From contig KZ538840.1 of NCBI GenBank assembly GCA_000934665.2, forward strand, positions 1-45,488: a stretch of 45,488 bases of DNA. The letters run 5' to 3'. Position numbers and translations under genes: made by a program. This DNA comes from Catajapyx aquilonaris. Its lineage: Eukaryota. Positions 43,776-45,488 of the stretch are shown here, piece after piece; the first letter of the stretch is position 1, and each line of letters starts with the position of its first letter. The notes under the pieces are model-generated. The model was given only the letters and a program-made list of their open reading frames with translations. It was not told the origin of the DNA and ran no database searches.

Positions 43776-45488
43776 TGAATTTTGCAAAATTGCGGATGAA
43801 TATAAAATTATTTGCGAGCGGTTCTGCAGGTGTGACATTTTTCTCCGATTGTAGATTCCGCGGATAGGGGTTGGGTTACTGGTTCACCCCCGGCGGGGAT
43901 CTGCAGTGTACAGGAAGCGAATGCGAAACGGGGAATCCCCCGCGGATGTAGAGCGTGATCGCGCTTTTCAATAGGGAGGGGGAGGGGTTTCTGTAGGTGA
44001 CACAATGTTGAAGGGGTGTGTGTGAGGGTGGAGGATGTGGAGCGGAATTGTAATAAGTTGTTGCAGGTTTTTGGAGGTTGGCAAAAAATTCGCATGGTTT
44101 AAGAGTCTGGGCGACAGGAGAGTGTGAAGCGTGACGTTACTGTAGCAGTGCAGGTACAAGTTATGACTTGAATGCGAAAAGTGACTAAGGTCCGGCTGCA
44201 CTCTTCATAACTTTAGTTGTCTCGACTGCATTTCTTATTATACAGTATTTGCACTCTCGCCCCATATAATCGAGTGGTACACTTGTGGTCTCTCAGTTAC
44301 GGGACACCCTGCAGGATCTCTTTTTTTCGATAAAAAATCCGTCCTTTTCCGTTACACATTGTATTGCACTATACGTGACATATTGATTGGACGTCGAATG
44401 ATGGACATGACATGTTCCCACTCTATGTCATTACCAGGATTACATATTTTCCTCCCACCTCCCATAAGCCCCATAAATTATTATGTGACGGTGCTGATGC
44501 TGCCCAGCGGTGAATTAGAGCTGCGAAACGGAATATTTGAGTCAAGCTCCGGGCATGTGTGTGTTTACTACTATACGTACAGTACCTGCATGATTTGCAA
44601 CGTTAACTGGACTTTTATCCTGACTCTTCATGGCCACCCATGCGCCTCCTCTGTTTAACTGTGAGGCCTAAATCCCAGGATAAATAAAGGGAAATCTCGT
44701 TATTAAGGGACAATCATGCTTCTTGCTTTTCTGGGAGTTTAAGCAATAAGGGATATAATTATGAGGCAATGATACATTATTTTATCCTGACTGAAATGCC
44801 ACCCTTGTTCGCTCACTTGGGAGGCTACTTACGAAGATAAATCCTCACAGAGTGTCACAAAGCAAAACGATCACTTCGGTCTGCAGTAAACAAAAATACG
44901 TTCCTTTCAAAAAACGAGTCATAGATTGCTAAAAACTGCTGTCATAAGGAATTGTCAAGTAATAAATATGCAGGGCGGTACACTGCCGCTATCAACAGAA
45001 GGGAAGGGGAAGAAGTAATGGTTTGTTTATCTAAGCAAGATAAACAAACAAACAAGGCAAAGCAAAGAAAACCAGTTTGTTGGAAGTAACTGTTAAGGTC
45101 ACAAATGATTAAAGGGGGTGTGAGTATGCCACTCAAATTCCGAGTGTACTGTTGTAGAGCATAAATGTCAGTTGTTTCTTTATTTTAATTTGTTTATAAA
45201 TTTATTCATCTCATTTCTCCGGATGCTCCATTATTATTTTTGTATTATTTTATGTTACATGTATTTCTTTATAATTTTATCGGTTTGTCGGTTTTGATCA
45301 GCTAATTATTATTAATAAATATGTATATTATTCGTTTATTTTATTATATTAATGATGGCATTGCATTTATGTTATATTTAATATCTTTTATTTTTAATAA
45401 TTGTCTCATTATTACACATTTTTCTAAGGATTTTTCAGAAGTATATACGATTTCCGTGAATTCATAAATATGCAATGGTCCTGGAGTA

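Overview
Eukaryotic, intron-containing genomic DNA, most likely from an insect or other arthropod (short 56-62 bp introns, a tRNA-derived SINE, Helitron-like and TA-target MITEs, one N gap). Genes: (1) a complete six-exon LARP7 gene on the minus strand (11720->8284, ~626 aa; La motif, RRM1, long charged linker, xRRM). (2) Directly downstream, a tandemly duplicated pair of three-exon genes (7607->6557, ~213 aa; 2945->1754, ~205 aa) with no confident family assignment. They carry an N-terminal SWADRVEEEE motif and two segments that by eye resemble the two halves of the SLBP (histone stem-loop binding protein) RNA-binding domain, split by an acidic insertion; this is the most interesting lead. 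(3) The 5' part of a large plus-strand gene with four small in-phase coding exons (30795-40590, coiled-coil-like) that runs out of the window. The remainder is intergenic or intronic and is dense in palindromic MITEs, several of them nested, plus degenerate tandem repeats. All exon models were built by hand from GT-AG sites and reading phase; no database search was run.
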